Under the pieces are notes generated by a model. That model had not been told where the DNA came from and did no database searches. It saw only the letters and a program-made list of their open reading frames with translations. A stretch of DNA of 46,810 nt. Source: a virus. Lineage: Duplodnaviria; Caudoviricetes. The stretch covers positions 1-46,810 of IMG/VR virus record IMGVR_UViG_3300032218_002410. One strand, given 5' to 3'. Of the stretch, positions 28,435 through 36,452 are shown one piece after another (the first letter of the stretch is position 1; the number at the start of each line of letters is the position of its first letter). A program made the translations under genes and the position numbers.

Positions 28435-28584
28435 ATGGAAAACCACGTTGACACTATGGCCGTAGCGGCCATCATATTCGGTGCCGGTAGCGAGCTGATT
28501 GCCCTCTCGCCACTGAAGTCCAACAGCTGGGTGCAGCTACTGCTCCAGTTTGGGCGAGTAGCGCTTCCTCCTCGCCGCCGCTAA
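28435..28584 (+). CDS. small holin-like membrane protein (49 aa; not in the ORF track)
   Basis: MENHVDTMAVAAIIFGAGSELIALSPLKSNSWVQLLLQFGRVALPPRRR; hydrophobic with basic tail; abuts the endolysin. Confidence 0.65.
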   Translation: MENHVDTMAVAAIIFGAGSELIALSPLKSNSWVQLLLQFGRVALPPRRR

Positions 28585-29282
28585 GGCTGGCAGCGCAGAT
28601 ACCAACCGCCGGAACCTCCGACCATCCAGCGGGGGTTCCAGCTTCCACGGCTGTAGCTGACCCCCGCACCGTTGAGGTTGGGGGTGTAGCCGCCGTTTAC
28701 CAAATCAGCCACCCCATTCGGATCGTTGAGGATCCAGGAGGTGGCGTTGTAGCCGATCATGACGCTCCAGTGGCCGCCGCCCGTTGGTGCGTTGCGTGAG
28801 CCGTGGTGCAACCAGCCCACAGCCACCGGCCGACCGGCATTGATCTCCGCCTCAAGGGTGGCCGCATTGCCGTCGGTGTGAAAGTCGGCCTTTAGCCCCA
28901 GCGATCTAAGCGCGGATAACTGCGCCTGGGCGTCGGTGCTGTCGCCGACGCGGATTGAGTTGTAAGCATCGTCGTTAGCGACCTTGCCCCAGTGCATGGC
29001 AAGCATGGCGCAGGAGCTGCTAAAGCACTCGCGGTAGCCCGTGCCGGACTTGTTGTCGTTCTGGGACTGGTACTTGACCTTAAGGGGATTGCTGAACGCA
29101 GGAGCCGCAGGGCCGGCTTTGTAATCCACCACCCATTCGGCTGATTCGGTGAGCAAGCAAGGGTCAGCCTGCCGGATGTGCTGTCCCAGCAAGGCGACCG
29201 CTTTGCGCTGGTGGGGGAGATCTTTGTAATTAGCCCAGAACTGGAGCCATCGGTCGTCGCTGAACTGGGTATCGGTGATCAT
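28581..29282 (-). CDS. endolysin, peptidase C39-like
   Basis: YQSQNDN...RECFSSSCAM, GGGHWSV..GY, NDPNG (Cys-His-Asp triad); exact start uncertain. Confidence 0.85.
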   Translation of the reverse strand: MITDTQFSDDRWLQFWANYKDLPHQRKAVALLGQHIRQADPCLLTESAEWVVDYKAGPAAPAFSNPLKVKYQSQNDNKSGTGYRECFSSSCAMLAMHWGKVANDDAYNSIRVGDSTDAQAQLSALRSLGLKADFHTDGNAATLEAEINAGRPVAVGWLHHGSRNAPTGGGHWSVMIGYNATSWILNDPNGVADLVNGGYTPNLNGAGVSYSRGSWNPRWMVGGSGGWYLRCQP

Positions 29283-29320
29283 GTGCCTACCAAGTAATGA
29301 CTCCATTCTGACTAAGTGAA

Positions 29321-29569
29321 TTAGGCCACCATCAATACCGACTTCAGATAGCTGGCTTGCCAAATGGCCAACAACTCTTTGGCGTGATCTCGCTGAGCCT
29401 CGCTGGCCTTGGCAAACGCACGGAGCATGGCCACCTGCCCAGCGTCGTAATCGTAGGGGTAGAGGTGGTGGCTGAGTTGATCAAGGATCTCCACGTACTC
29501 GCGAGCGTTCTGCTGGGCCTCCAGAAGCAGGCTGAGGGACTGAGGCAGGGCGTTGCTGGTGTGCTGCAC
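29321..29569 (-). CDS. hypothetical protein divergent from the recombinase
   Basis: 82 aa helical ORF with a TTGACA about 40 nt upstream. Confidence 0.55.
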   Translation of the reverse strand: MQHTSNALPQSLSLLLEAQQNAREYVEILDQLSHHLYPYDYDAGQVAMLRAFAKASEAQRDHAKELLAIWQASYLKSVLMVA

Positions 29570-29634
29570 TTGCGCGGTGTGCGTACTTACCTACTCAGAA
29601 GACCATGTCAAATGGGTTATCGCAAGCCCCCTGA

Positions 29635-30933
29635 ATGCCCCAGCCCCGCATCCGAATCGGATACATCCGCGTTTCCACCGCCAGCGAAGAGCAGCTGTCC
29701 GCCCTCGAAAACCAACGCAGCCGCATCAAAGCCGCAGGCGTGGACAGGATTTACGAGGATGTCGCCTCGGGCCTCAGCCAAACCAGAGCGGGGTTTGGCG
29801 AGGTCGAAAAGCTGATCGATAGCAAGACAGTTTCAGAACTGGTTGTCACACGGATTGACCGACTGGGCCGCCAGGCCGACGCGGTGGACCTGTTCCTCTT
29901 CTTTGCCGCCAAACGCAAAACCCTGGTCACGGCGCTGGATGGCGGCACCGTCGATACCGATTCGCCCTACGGCTTTTTCCAAAGCCGACTGTGGACCTCG
30001 CTGGCGGAACTGGAATCCCGGATGCTGTCCCTGCGCATCCATAGGGGATTGGCGGCGGCGCGGAAGATTCGGAAACCGCTGCGGGGCAGGGCGCCCTGGG
30101 GCTACCAAATCACGGAAGACAAGAAGGCTTTAACACTCGATCCAGTGGAGGCGCCGAGAGCAAGCGCCTTTATTGAACTGCTCAAAGGCCTGGACTGGCG
30201 AATGAACACCGCCCTGGATGTGTGGGCTGCTACCGGTCATGGCGACATTCCTCTCCACTCCTGCAGGGCGGTCAGGGCGTGGCTACTAAATCCAATCCTT
30301 CGCGGAGGTATCGGGTACAACCAACGTGCCAACCACCAGTTTGATGAAATCGTATGGGACACTCACGCAGCACTACTGACCAAGGAAGAATTCAATAAAT
30401 ACGAAGCGACTCTTGCAAAAAACAAAAGGCTCTGGGGGGTTAACGCGACGATGAAAGTTCGATTGCTTACCGGCCTATGCGTATGCACCCGATGCGGCCT
30501 GCGAATGCCCTACGCAGGGGGAAGGGTGCATCCGGCGCTTTTATGCAAAAACCGCATGTGCTCGCAACGTTACAAGTCGACACCTGAGTCGGTGGTCAAT
30601 GCAGCAATCTGCAGCACTCTGTCGCATCGGGCGGAGGAGATCGCCACCCACGTTGCTGTTGAGTCGCCAGAAGAAATCGAACTGAAGGCTTCCATTGCAA
30701 AACTTGAAGCAATGCAAGACTCCGACCTAGAGGGGGTTCTCGGCGAAAAACGGGAAAAATTGCGCAAACTGCATAAAGGGGTGTCTATAGACACCGAGCT
30801 CATGGAAGCACTACGGGATCCCGCTTTCTGGGACGCTTACTCCTACGACGAGAAGGTAGACCTATTTCGGACGTTGGTGGACAAAGTAGAGATTCAGGAT
30901 CAGTCGGTGCTGAGGGTGGTTCCTCGCGTTTGA
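29635..30933 (+). CDS. large serine recombinase (integrase)
   Basis: GYIRVST catalytic Ser, TRIDRLGR, AELES..LS.R, APWGY, Zn ribbon LLTGLCVCTRCG...C, C-terminal coiled coil. Confidence 0.93.
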   Translation: MPQPRIRIGYIRVSTASEEQLSALENQRSRIKAAGVDRIYEDVASGLSQTRAGFGEVEKLIDSKTVSELVVTRIDRLGRQADAVDLFLFFAAKRKTLVTALDGGTVDTDSPYGFFQSRLWTSLAELESRMLSLRIHRGLAAARKIRKPLRGRAPWGYQITEDKKALTLDPVEAPRASAFIELLKGLDWRMNTALDVWAATGHGDIPLHSCRAVRAWLLNPILRGGIGYNQRANHQFDEIVWDTHAALLTKEEFNKYEATLAKNKRLWGVNATMKVRLLTGLCVCTRCGLRMPYAGGRVHPALLCKNRMCSQRYKSTPESVVNAAICSTLSHRAEEIATHVAVESPEEIELKASIAKLEAMQDSDLEGVLGEKREKLRKLHKGVSIDTELMEALRDPAFWDAYSYDEKVDLFRTLVDKVEIQDQSVLRVVPRV

Positions 30934-30985
30934 TGTAGCGCCTAAGCCCGTCCAGCAATAGATCACGCAACTCAGATTTTTTCAT
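30800..30985 (-). CDS. possible small protein overlapping the 3' end of the integrase
   Basis: ATG follows 6 nt after the previous stop, but 134 nt lie antisense to the integrase. Confidence 0.35.
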   Translation of the reverse strand: MKKSELRDLLLDGLRRYIKREEPPSAPTDPESLLCPPTSEIGLPSRRRSKRPRKRDPVVLP

Positions 30986-30991
30986 AGCGGT

Positions 30992-31162
30992 CTACTGTAC
31001 GCCGCAATTAGCAGCTTTCTGCTGTTGCAGCCTGATGGCGCGGGTCTCTAGCTGAAACTCGAGCATGTCCACCGTCCTGGCTAACTCGCAGGTGGTGGCC
31101 ATCGAAATTGCATCGTTTAGACGCCGGATAACCTCCTTTCTGGGGGCCATCCGGTCGTCCAT
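30992..31162 (-). CDS. small hypothetical protein (56 aa, MDDRMAPRKEVIRRLNDAI...; not in the ORF track)
   Basis: ATG..TAG read by hand; fills the gap in the minus-strand operon. Confidence 0.6.
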   Translation of the reverse strand: MDDRMAPRKEVIRRLNDAISMATTCELARTVDMLEFQLETRAIRLQQQKAANCGVQ

Positions 31163-31191
31163 TGTCAACTACGGCGTTAGATAGCTACATG

Positions 31192-31431
31192 TTACTGAAT
31201 CGCTTCTAGCTCCTGGATAGCGCGGTTGATGTACCAAGCGGCTTTTTTGAGATCCTGCAAAGGCCCATCAAGTTCTTTGGCATCGCATCGGAATAAGTAT
31301 TTGTGGGCATTGCCTTTGCAATACCCCAAAAACCCTTCCAGCCCAAGGGATGCACGAATGGCATCAATGCACTCAATACCCCCGGCACCTTGGTAGTGCT
31401 TGGGATGGTTGACGGGATCGTGGTTGAACAT
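31192..31431 (-). CDS. DUF3310 protein (T7 gp1.7 nucleotide-kinase-like)
   Basis: DPVNHPKHY..G.IECID, G.C.GN..KY..R, DLKKAAWY. Confidence 0.9.
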   Translation of the reverse strand: MFNHDPVNHPKHYQGAGGIECIDAIRASLGLEGFLGYCKGNAHKYLFRCDAKELDGPLQDLKKAAWYINRAIQELEAIQ

Positions 31432-31895
31432 CAGTTGGCAGGAACAGGGTTTGTGCGGGCTGCTTCAGCCTTTAGGTATTCCTGGTACAAACCGGTGTAG
31501 GTGTGATCGCCAGCTTCCTTACGGCCGGAGCACTCCCACAGCCAATCCAAAAACTCCTGGCGTTTTTCCTGGACAACCGGATCACAGGGGTGGGGCATGG
31601 GTTCAGCAGGTTGAGAGGGGTCAGTCACTGGGTGAAGTATGGGGTCAACAACAGCCGCCACCTCGCGGAGGAGCTGTTTACGGATCAGCTGGGAACAAGC
31701 CCACCAACCGTTTTCGTATGGGGGATCGAGCCCCATCGTTGGCGAGGGCTCATCCGGTGTCAGTTCATCGGCCAAGAAGGCAATGACGCTGGCCATCCGC
31801 ATGGGGTGATCCAGGGTCAACTCATTGAACTGAGGATGCCGGTAAAGCCAGAGACATTGCGCGATCAATCCATCGCCGGGAACCCCGGTGGTCAT
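31431..31895 (-). CDS. hypothetical protein
   Basis: coupled ORF; C-terminal RQ..LD.L...SGR......YTGLY module. Confidence 0.7.
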   Translation of the reverse strand: MTTGVPGDGLIAQCLWLYRHPQFNELTLDHPMRMASVIAFLADELTPDEPSPTMGLDPPYENGWWACSQLIRKQLLREVAAVVDPILHPVTDPSQPAEPMPHPCDPVVQEKRQEFLDWLWECSGRKEAGDHTYTGLYQEYLKAEAARTNPVPAN

Positions 31896-32491
31896 ACCCG
31901 CGCAAGCGTCACTTGCTCAGTCTGGCACTGATATTTACCAGCCCGTGAGGCGTAAGAAACCCCACACTGTTCACCCTCAAAAAACAGCAGTTGGCAAATG
32001 CCTTCGTTGGCGTAAAGCCTGCAATCAGCACCTGAGCTATTGGAAAACTCAAGCGTCAGGTGGCCGCGCCAACCAGCCTCAGCCGGGGTCATGTTGGCAA
32101 TGACACCCATGCGGGCGTATGTGCTTTTACCCAGGCAGATGGCGGTGACATTTGTCGGCATCGCCAAGTGCTCAAGGGCCACACCCAGGCCGTAGCTGTG
32201 GGCGGGAAGGATGAAGTACGAACCACGCGCCCCGTCGTGGTGAAGCTCAACGTCCTCAAGATTTCGAGGATTGAAAGCCTTGGGGTCCATGATCGTACCG
32301 GGCACATGCTTGAACACCGCAAACTGCTTGGGCGATAGACGGATGTCATAGCCGTAGCTGCTGCAGCCGTAGCTCAGCACCGGCCGACCCAGATGATCTA
32401 GATCAGGAGACCGCCGAATCAAGTCGGGTTCAAAGGGTTTGATCATGCCGCTGTCGGCGCGGCTGCGGATCCAGATGTCGTTTTTAAGCAC
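31892..32491 (-). CDS. dcd: dCTP deaminase
   Basis: SYG.SSYGYDIRL, GKSTYAR.G, TPAEAGW.G.LTLE, YANEGICQLLF, GKYQ.Q. Confidence 0.95.
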   Translation of the reverse strand: MLKNDIWIRSRADSGMIKPFEPDLIRRSPDLDHLGRPVLSYGCSSYGYDIRLSPKQFAVFKHVPGTIMDPKAFNPRNLEDVELHHDGARGSYFILPAHSYGLGVALEHLAMPTNVTAICLGKSTYARMGVIANMTPAEAGWRGHLTLEFSNSSGADCRLYANEGICQLLFFEGEQCGVSYASRAGKYQCQTEQVTLARV

Positions 32492-32993
32492 AGTCAGCTT
32501 GATTAGTTGTGGTTGATAGCGGCGTCACGGACGCCAAAAACACGGTGCATTCGTTGGCGAACTCATCGCCCGCCTCGGGAAAGCCAAATCCGCAAACCCC
32601 ATTAGACCAGTGCAAACACTCAACGCAGTAACGTAGCTGTCCCACCCTAGGTGGATGCAGTTCCCAGTACACGTCCTTGTACCGAAGCCCCGTTTGGATC
32701 AACGAGATGGCCTGTCGGGTAATGCCGTAAATCGCTGCCAGCTCGCGCTGGGGTAGCCCGGACTGAATAATTGCGCGAGCATCTTCACGCGAAAGACGAC
32801 GCCACGCATCACTCCGCCCAGCTTGAGTATCCCATTTGGACTGGTAGGGCAGCCCATCGTTTTCCTTGGTGAATACAGTCCAGCGATGTGAGCACACATT
32901 GCACTGGAGCCGCCGCCTCCGCTCCCCCCTAACCGTCATCCGAGTTTCCTTAATAGTCCACTCCTGCATCCCGCACTGCTCGCATTTAGTCAC
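32484..32993 (-). CDS. Zn-ribbon + HTH + Cys-cluster protein
   Basis: NrdR-like CxxC..ETR..RRR..CxxC, HTH QRELAAIYGITRQAIS, CxxC.HW...C..GFPE. Confidence 0.7.
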   Translation of the reverse strand: MTKCEQCGMQEWTIKETRMTVRGERRRRLQCNVCSHRWTVFTKENDGLPYQSKWDTQAGRSDAWRRLSREDARAIIQSGLPQRELAAIYGITRQAISLIQTGLRYKDVYWELHPPRVGQLRYCVECLHWSNGVCGFGFPEAGDEFANECTVFLASVTPLSTTTNQADCA

Positions 32994-33228
32994 CAGCAAC
33001 CTCCAGCTCGGCGGCGATGTCATCAAGAGCATCAACGCAGTTTTTTATTCCGCAGATGAACTCCGTTTTTGGTTGTTCGCGGACTTCGTTTCTCCATTGA
33101 TCCGCAGCGGCTCGCAGGGCGGCGGCAATGCACTGCCGGTAGACGGGATTGTTAATCACGTTGGGGTTGCCCATCGTGCCTGCGGTCATCACTGCCTGCG
33201 CGGCGGGGGGGAGCTTAGTCATTAGCAC
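32986..33228 (-). CDS. hypothetical protein
   Basis: L.PAAQAV and IAAALRAAADQ module; overlaps neighbours. Confidence 0.7.
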   Translation of the reverse strand: MLMTKLPPAAQAVMTAGTMGNPNVINNPVYRQCIAAALRAAADQWRNEVREQPKTEFICGIKNCVDALDDIAAELEVAGD

Positions 33229-33557
33229 CCCCAGCGTTCCAGCACGGCACGAAGCGCGTACGTCTGAGCGGCAGGACCTTGGCGGTTATTGCAGGCGTAA
33301 TACGCAGCGCGATATGTCTCGCAAAGCTCCTCATCCGTGGGCCCCACCGGCTGCTCAGCCAGGGCGGCTGCAGTGCGACTACGGAGTTCAGTTAAACAAG
33401 ACGTACCGCTATACTCTTCTTCCACTATTTCAAAAAGCTCAGCGCACAGCGCTCGCCAGTCGGCGGGGGACAACGCTGGGCCAATACCGTGTCCGCATAG
33501 GAGCAGAAGCCGTTCATGCTCTTCGTTGGAAATGTTTTCCATAAATTGTTCAGTCAT
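33222..33557 (-). CDS. hypothetical protein
   Basis: WRALCAEL, PTDEEL, RAVLERWG modules; start probably MTEQF. Confidence 0.65.
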   Translation of the reverse strand: MTEQFMENISNEEHERLLLLCGHGIGPALSPADWRALCAELFEIVEEEYSGTSCLTELRSRTAAALAEQPVGPTDEELCETYRAAYYACNNRQGPAAQTYALRAVLERWGC

Positions 33558-33921
33558 CGAGTTGCTCCAAGGCTCGGCGAATAAGTGCAAGTTCTTCAGG
33601 ACCAAACGTGACATGAGCACCGTCTGTTCCTGCTGGTCTTGCTAGTTCCAGTGCCTGCACCTTCAAGCTCGGAGACACGGGGCGGCGGGCGGCGCGGAGG
33701 AGCTTTGCAGTTTCCTGCGGATCGTTGCAGTCCACGTCCTCCAGCCACTCACAGCACGCCTCCAGCTCCTGGTCAGCGCCCCATTGGGCGGCGCGGGTGG
33801 CGAGCTGCCGTAATTGGGCAGGGCGCACGGTAAGCATTTGGAAAGAGTCGGCGTCATACGGCGCTGGCTCGGCCATCCACTGCTGCACCAGCTCCGGCGG
33901 TGGGGTGATGGGGTGCTTCAT
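33550..33921 (-). CDS. hypothetical protein
   Basis: HPITPPPELVQQW, WGADQELEACCEWL, PSLK.QAL, IRRALEQL. Confidence 0.75.
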   Translation of the reverse strand: MKHPITPPPELVQQWMAEPAPYDADSFQMLTVRPAQLRQLATRAAQWGADQELEACCEWLEDVDCNDPQETAKLLRAARRPVSPSLKVQALELARPAGTDGAHVTFGPEELALIRRALEQLDD

Positions 33922-34193
33922 TCCTGATCCTCCTCTTCCTCTTCGGCATCCTCGTCATCACCCAAAAATGCAGGTTGCAGTAGGAGAAAGTTGACCGCCA
34001 GCACAAGTTGCTGCACCTCCTCCAGATCGAGAGTCACCCCACAAGCGTTGGCAGTGTGATCAAGATCTTCCAGCACCACGTAGGGCCCAGAACCATCGTT
34101 CTCCAGCGAAATCAGCAGGGCATCCGTGCCCAAAATGGGATCTGCTTCTTCCTCGTGAAGAGCAAGTTTTAAGACCGTGCAGCGATAGCTCAT
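33918..34193 (-). CDS. hypothetical acidic protein
   Basis: ATGA overlaps on both sides. Confidence 0.7.
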   Translation of the reverse strand: MSYRCTVLKLALHEEEADPILGTDALLISLENDGSGPYVVLEDLDHTANACGVTLDLEEVQQLVLAVNFLLLQPAFLGDDEDAEEEEEDQE

Positions 34194-34531
34194 GCCCGAC
34201 CCTCAGCACGCATGGCTTCTTGTTTGAGCAGATTGCTCACTTCCTCGTGTTGGCCAAGGCGTTCAGCGATGGCACGTAGGTGAGCAGCGCAAACCCGGTG
34301 ACGCGGTGCATCAACACCGGCTTTCCAAAACATCATCGATGTCTTCTCCCAATCCTTAAGCATGTCCATGTAGAAGGGAGGGTTTAAGTCGGGAATCAGA
34401 CTGGCTTTGTACTCATCCACGGCTGACCGCCACCAATCATCCACAAACGCATCACCCAAATAGTTGTTAATACAGGCGATGGCTTCTGTAAGAGAAGCCG
34501 CCAAGTTTTCAGCATGATCAAGTGACTTCAT
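34190..34531 (-). CDS. hypothetical protein (probable start MKSLDH)
   Basis: 3' part of the 191 aa track ORF; its 5' part overlaps the next gene. Confidence 0.6.
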   Translation of the reverse strand: MKSLDHAENLAASLTEAIACINNYLGDAFVDDWWRSAVDEYKASLIPDLNPPFYMDMLKDWEKTSMMFWKAGVDAPRHRVCAAHLRAIAERLGQHEEVSNLLKQEAMRAEGRA

Positions 34532-34841
34532 TGAGCTCCTTGTAAAGAGAACATTCAGATGCAAACCAGATGTTTTTGCGCGGCTCAGGAAAACCCAAGT
34601 CGCAGTACCCAACACGCCGATCCCAGTGCAAGCACTTGAAGCAGGTGTGGGTACGGTTTTTTGACGGCCGGCGCTCAAGCTCAGGTGCAAAATTCCGATA
34701 AGACTCACCCCGGCGCACGTTGCTGACGGTCTGCCGGCTGACGCCGAACTGAGCCGCCACTTCAACGTCGGACTCCTGGGAAGTCAGGATTGCCCGAACT
34801 TTTTCGGCGTCAAGCTTGGGATAGGAAGCGCGTCCAGCCAT
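34518..34841 (-). CDS. HTH + Cys-cluster protein, paralogue of 32484-32993
   Basis: HTH VAAQFGVSRQTVSNVRRG; CxxC.HW....C.LGFPE....A.EC. Confidence 0.75.
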   Translation of the reverse strand: MAGRASYPKLDAEKVRAILTSQESDVEVAAQFGVSRQTVSNVRRGESYRNFAPELERRPSKNRTHTCFKCLHWDRRVGYCDLGFPEPRKNIWFASECSLYKELNEVT

Positions 34842-35092
34842 CAGGTTTTGACCTCCGCTACACAGGTGCCGGTGGGCCAGCGGTTAGAGGCCAACCTCTC
34901 AGCCTCCAACCCACTACGCGCATGAAGGGTGACCTTCATAGGCAACGCATTCGGGAACTTGATTGTTACCACGTAAGGTTTTGTCAGATCCGTGGGAAGC
35001 GGCCGGGAGATACCCGGCCCCAAACGAGCAGCTTCCTGATCGGGCTCCTGGGCATACAAGACGACATTGTCCATGGGGCGACTAGAAGTCAT
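34841..35092 (-). CDS. hypothetical protein
   Basis: coupled ORF; RLG.GISRP and A..RWP motifs. Confidence 0.65.
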   Translation of the reverse strand: MTSSRPMDNVVLYAQEPDQEAARLGPGISRPLPTDLTKPYVVTIKFPNALPMKVTLHARSGLEAERLASNRWPTGTCVAEVKT

Positions 35093-35340
35093 GGAGCCTC
35101 CGAGGCAGATTCGATCTCTGAGCGAACAGCTTGCTTAGCCCTGCGGCTGGCAAATTTGCTCAGGCTCGTCACGTGGTACTCCCCACAAAACTGGCAGAGA
35201 TACACGTCGGTCTTGACGCCGGACTTGGTGGCAATGCGCTTGGCGCTGTGCTTGGCCTCACGCCGAGAGATGTAGGGAATCTTGCCGGCGCAGTTGCGCT
35301 CATGCCAGTCGTCCACGTGTTGATCAGGGGTGAAAGTCAT
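35089..35340 (-). CDS. small Zn-binding protein
   Basis: C.GK..Y....A...Y.C.FCG.YH.T. Confidence 0.7.
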   Translation of the reverse strand: MTFTPDQHVDDWHERNCAGKIPYISRREAKHSAKRIATKSGVKTDVYLCQFCGEYHVTSLSKFASRRAKQAVRSEIESASEAP

Positions 35341-36452
35341 TTGGCCTCACCCCAACTCTGAGCAACGCTGCCCTCCCCGATCAGCCGCACACAGTCCCCA
35401 AGCACGGATTTGCCAGCATCTTCCATCTCAGCCAGCATCATGGCAAGCACCTCGGCGCTGTCCTCGGTGTCGCACTCGACCACCAGTTCATCGTGGATGG
35501 TGGCCACAAACCTGGCCGTGCGGGGCAGCTTGGCGTGAACCTCGATGATGGCCAGCTTGTTGATGTCGGCGCCCGTGCCCTGAACACGGTTGTTGGCCTG
35601 CACGGTGAGCTTGTTATCGCAGCCAAAGAGGTAACGCCTACGCCCTAAAGCGGTACGTACCTCCAGTCCCTCGGTGGCGGCTGCCTGGCATTCGCGGTGC
35701 CACCGGCCAAAAGCTGGATAAGCCTTGTGCCAGAGGTGGTGGAAACCTTCGGCCTCCCCCAGGGTGATGAAGATGCCGAGGGTGGCAAAGTAATTCATCA
35801 GACCCCTGGCACCACTGCCAAACAGCAAGCCGAAGTTGGCGCACTTGGCTGCCCGGCGTTGCGCAGAGCTGACCTCGGCTTCCTCGATGCCGTACATCAA
35901 AGCTGCCGTGCGCTGGTGGATGTCGGCACCTTCGTTGAAGGCGTCCAGCATCCGCTGCTCCTTGGCTAGAGCAGCTGCAATCCGCAACTCCATGCCGCTG
36001 AAGTCAGCAACGCAGAGTGAACGGCCCCACTCAACCCTGAACGCACAACGGAATGCTTCGTCCCTCGGAATGTTCTGCAGGTTGACCGAGCTGCTTGAGA
36101 ACCGACCGGTGCCGGTGGCTAAGGGCATAAACCGGCTATGAACGCGGTGGTTGTCATCCACTGCCTCAGCCAGTTTCTGGGCCATCATCAGCCGCTTTTC
36201 GGCCTTCCGGTAGCTCAGATACATCTGCACCAACGGATCACTGCTGAACCGAGCCAGCACCTTCTTATCGGTCGAGGGCTTACCAGTGTCATCAACGGGC
36301 TCAATGCCCACTTCGTTGAAGTAGCGCAGCACCTGTTGGGAGCTGTTGATGTTGAAGCCGGCGTACTGCTTGGTGCCCAACCGGATGCTGCCGCTGTCCT
36401 TCGCACGAAGGTTGAAGCTGCCATCCGGGTTGCGTGGTAATCCCTCAGCCAT
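35337..36452 (-). CDS. polA: family A DNA polymerase, polymerase-domain half (371 aa from MAEGLPR)
   Basis: FNINS..Q, TGRFSSS..NLQNIP, motif A DFSGMELR, motif B KCANFGLLFG, motif C IHDELV. Confidence 0.92.
   Translation of the reverse strand: MAEGLPRNPDGSFNLRAKDSGSIRLGTKQYAGFNINSSQQVLRYFNEVGIEPVDDTGKPSTDKKVLARFSSDPLVQMYLSYRKAEKRLMMAQKLAEAVDDNHRVHSRFMPLATGTGRFSSSSVNLQNIPRDEAFRCAFRVEWGRSLCVADFSGMELRIAAALAKEQRMLDAFNEGADIHQRTAALMYGIEEAEVSSAQRRAAKCANFGLLFGSGARGLMNYFATLGIFITLGEAEGFHHLWHKAYPAFGRWHRECQAAATEGLEVRTALGRRRYLFGCDNKLTVQANNRVQGTGADINKLAIIEVHAKLPRTARFVATIHDELVVECDTEDSAEVLAMMLAEMEDAGKSVLGDCVRLIGEGSVAQSWGEAK

Noticed and set aside
29357-29822. plus-strand ORFs 29357-29815 and 29553-29822
   Set aside because: overlap the integrase start and the minus-strand ORF in other frames, with no motifs
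36445-36452. intron or intein at the polymerase break
   Set aside because: the two halves abut with no intervening sequence
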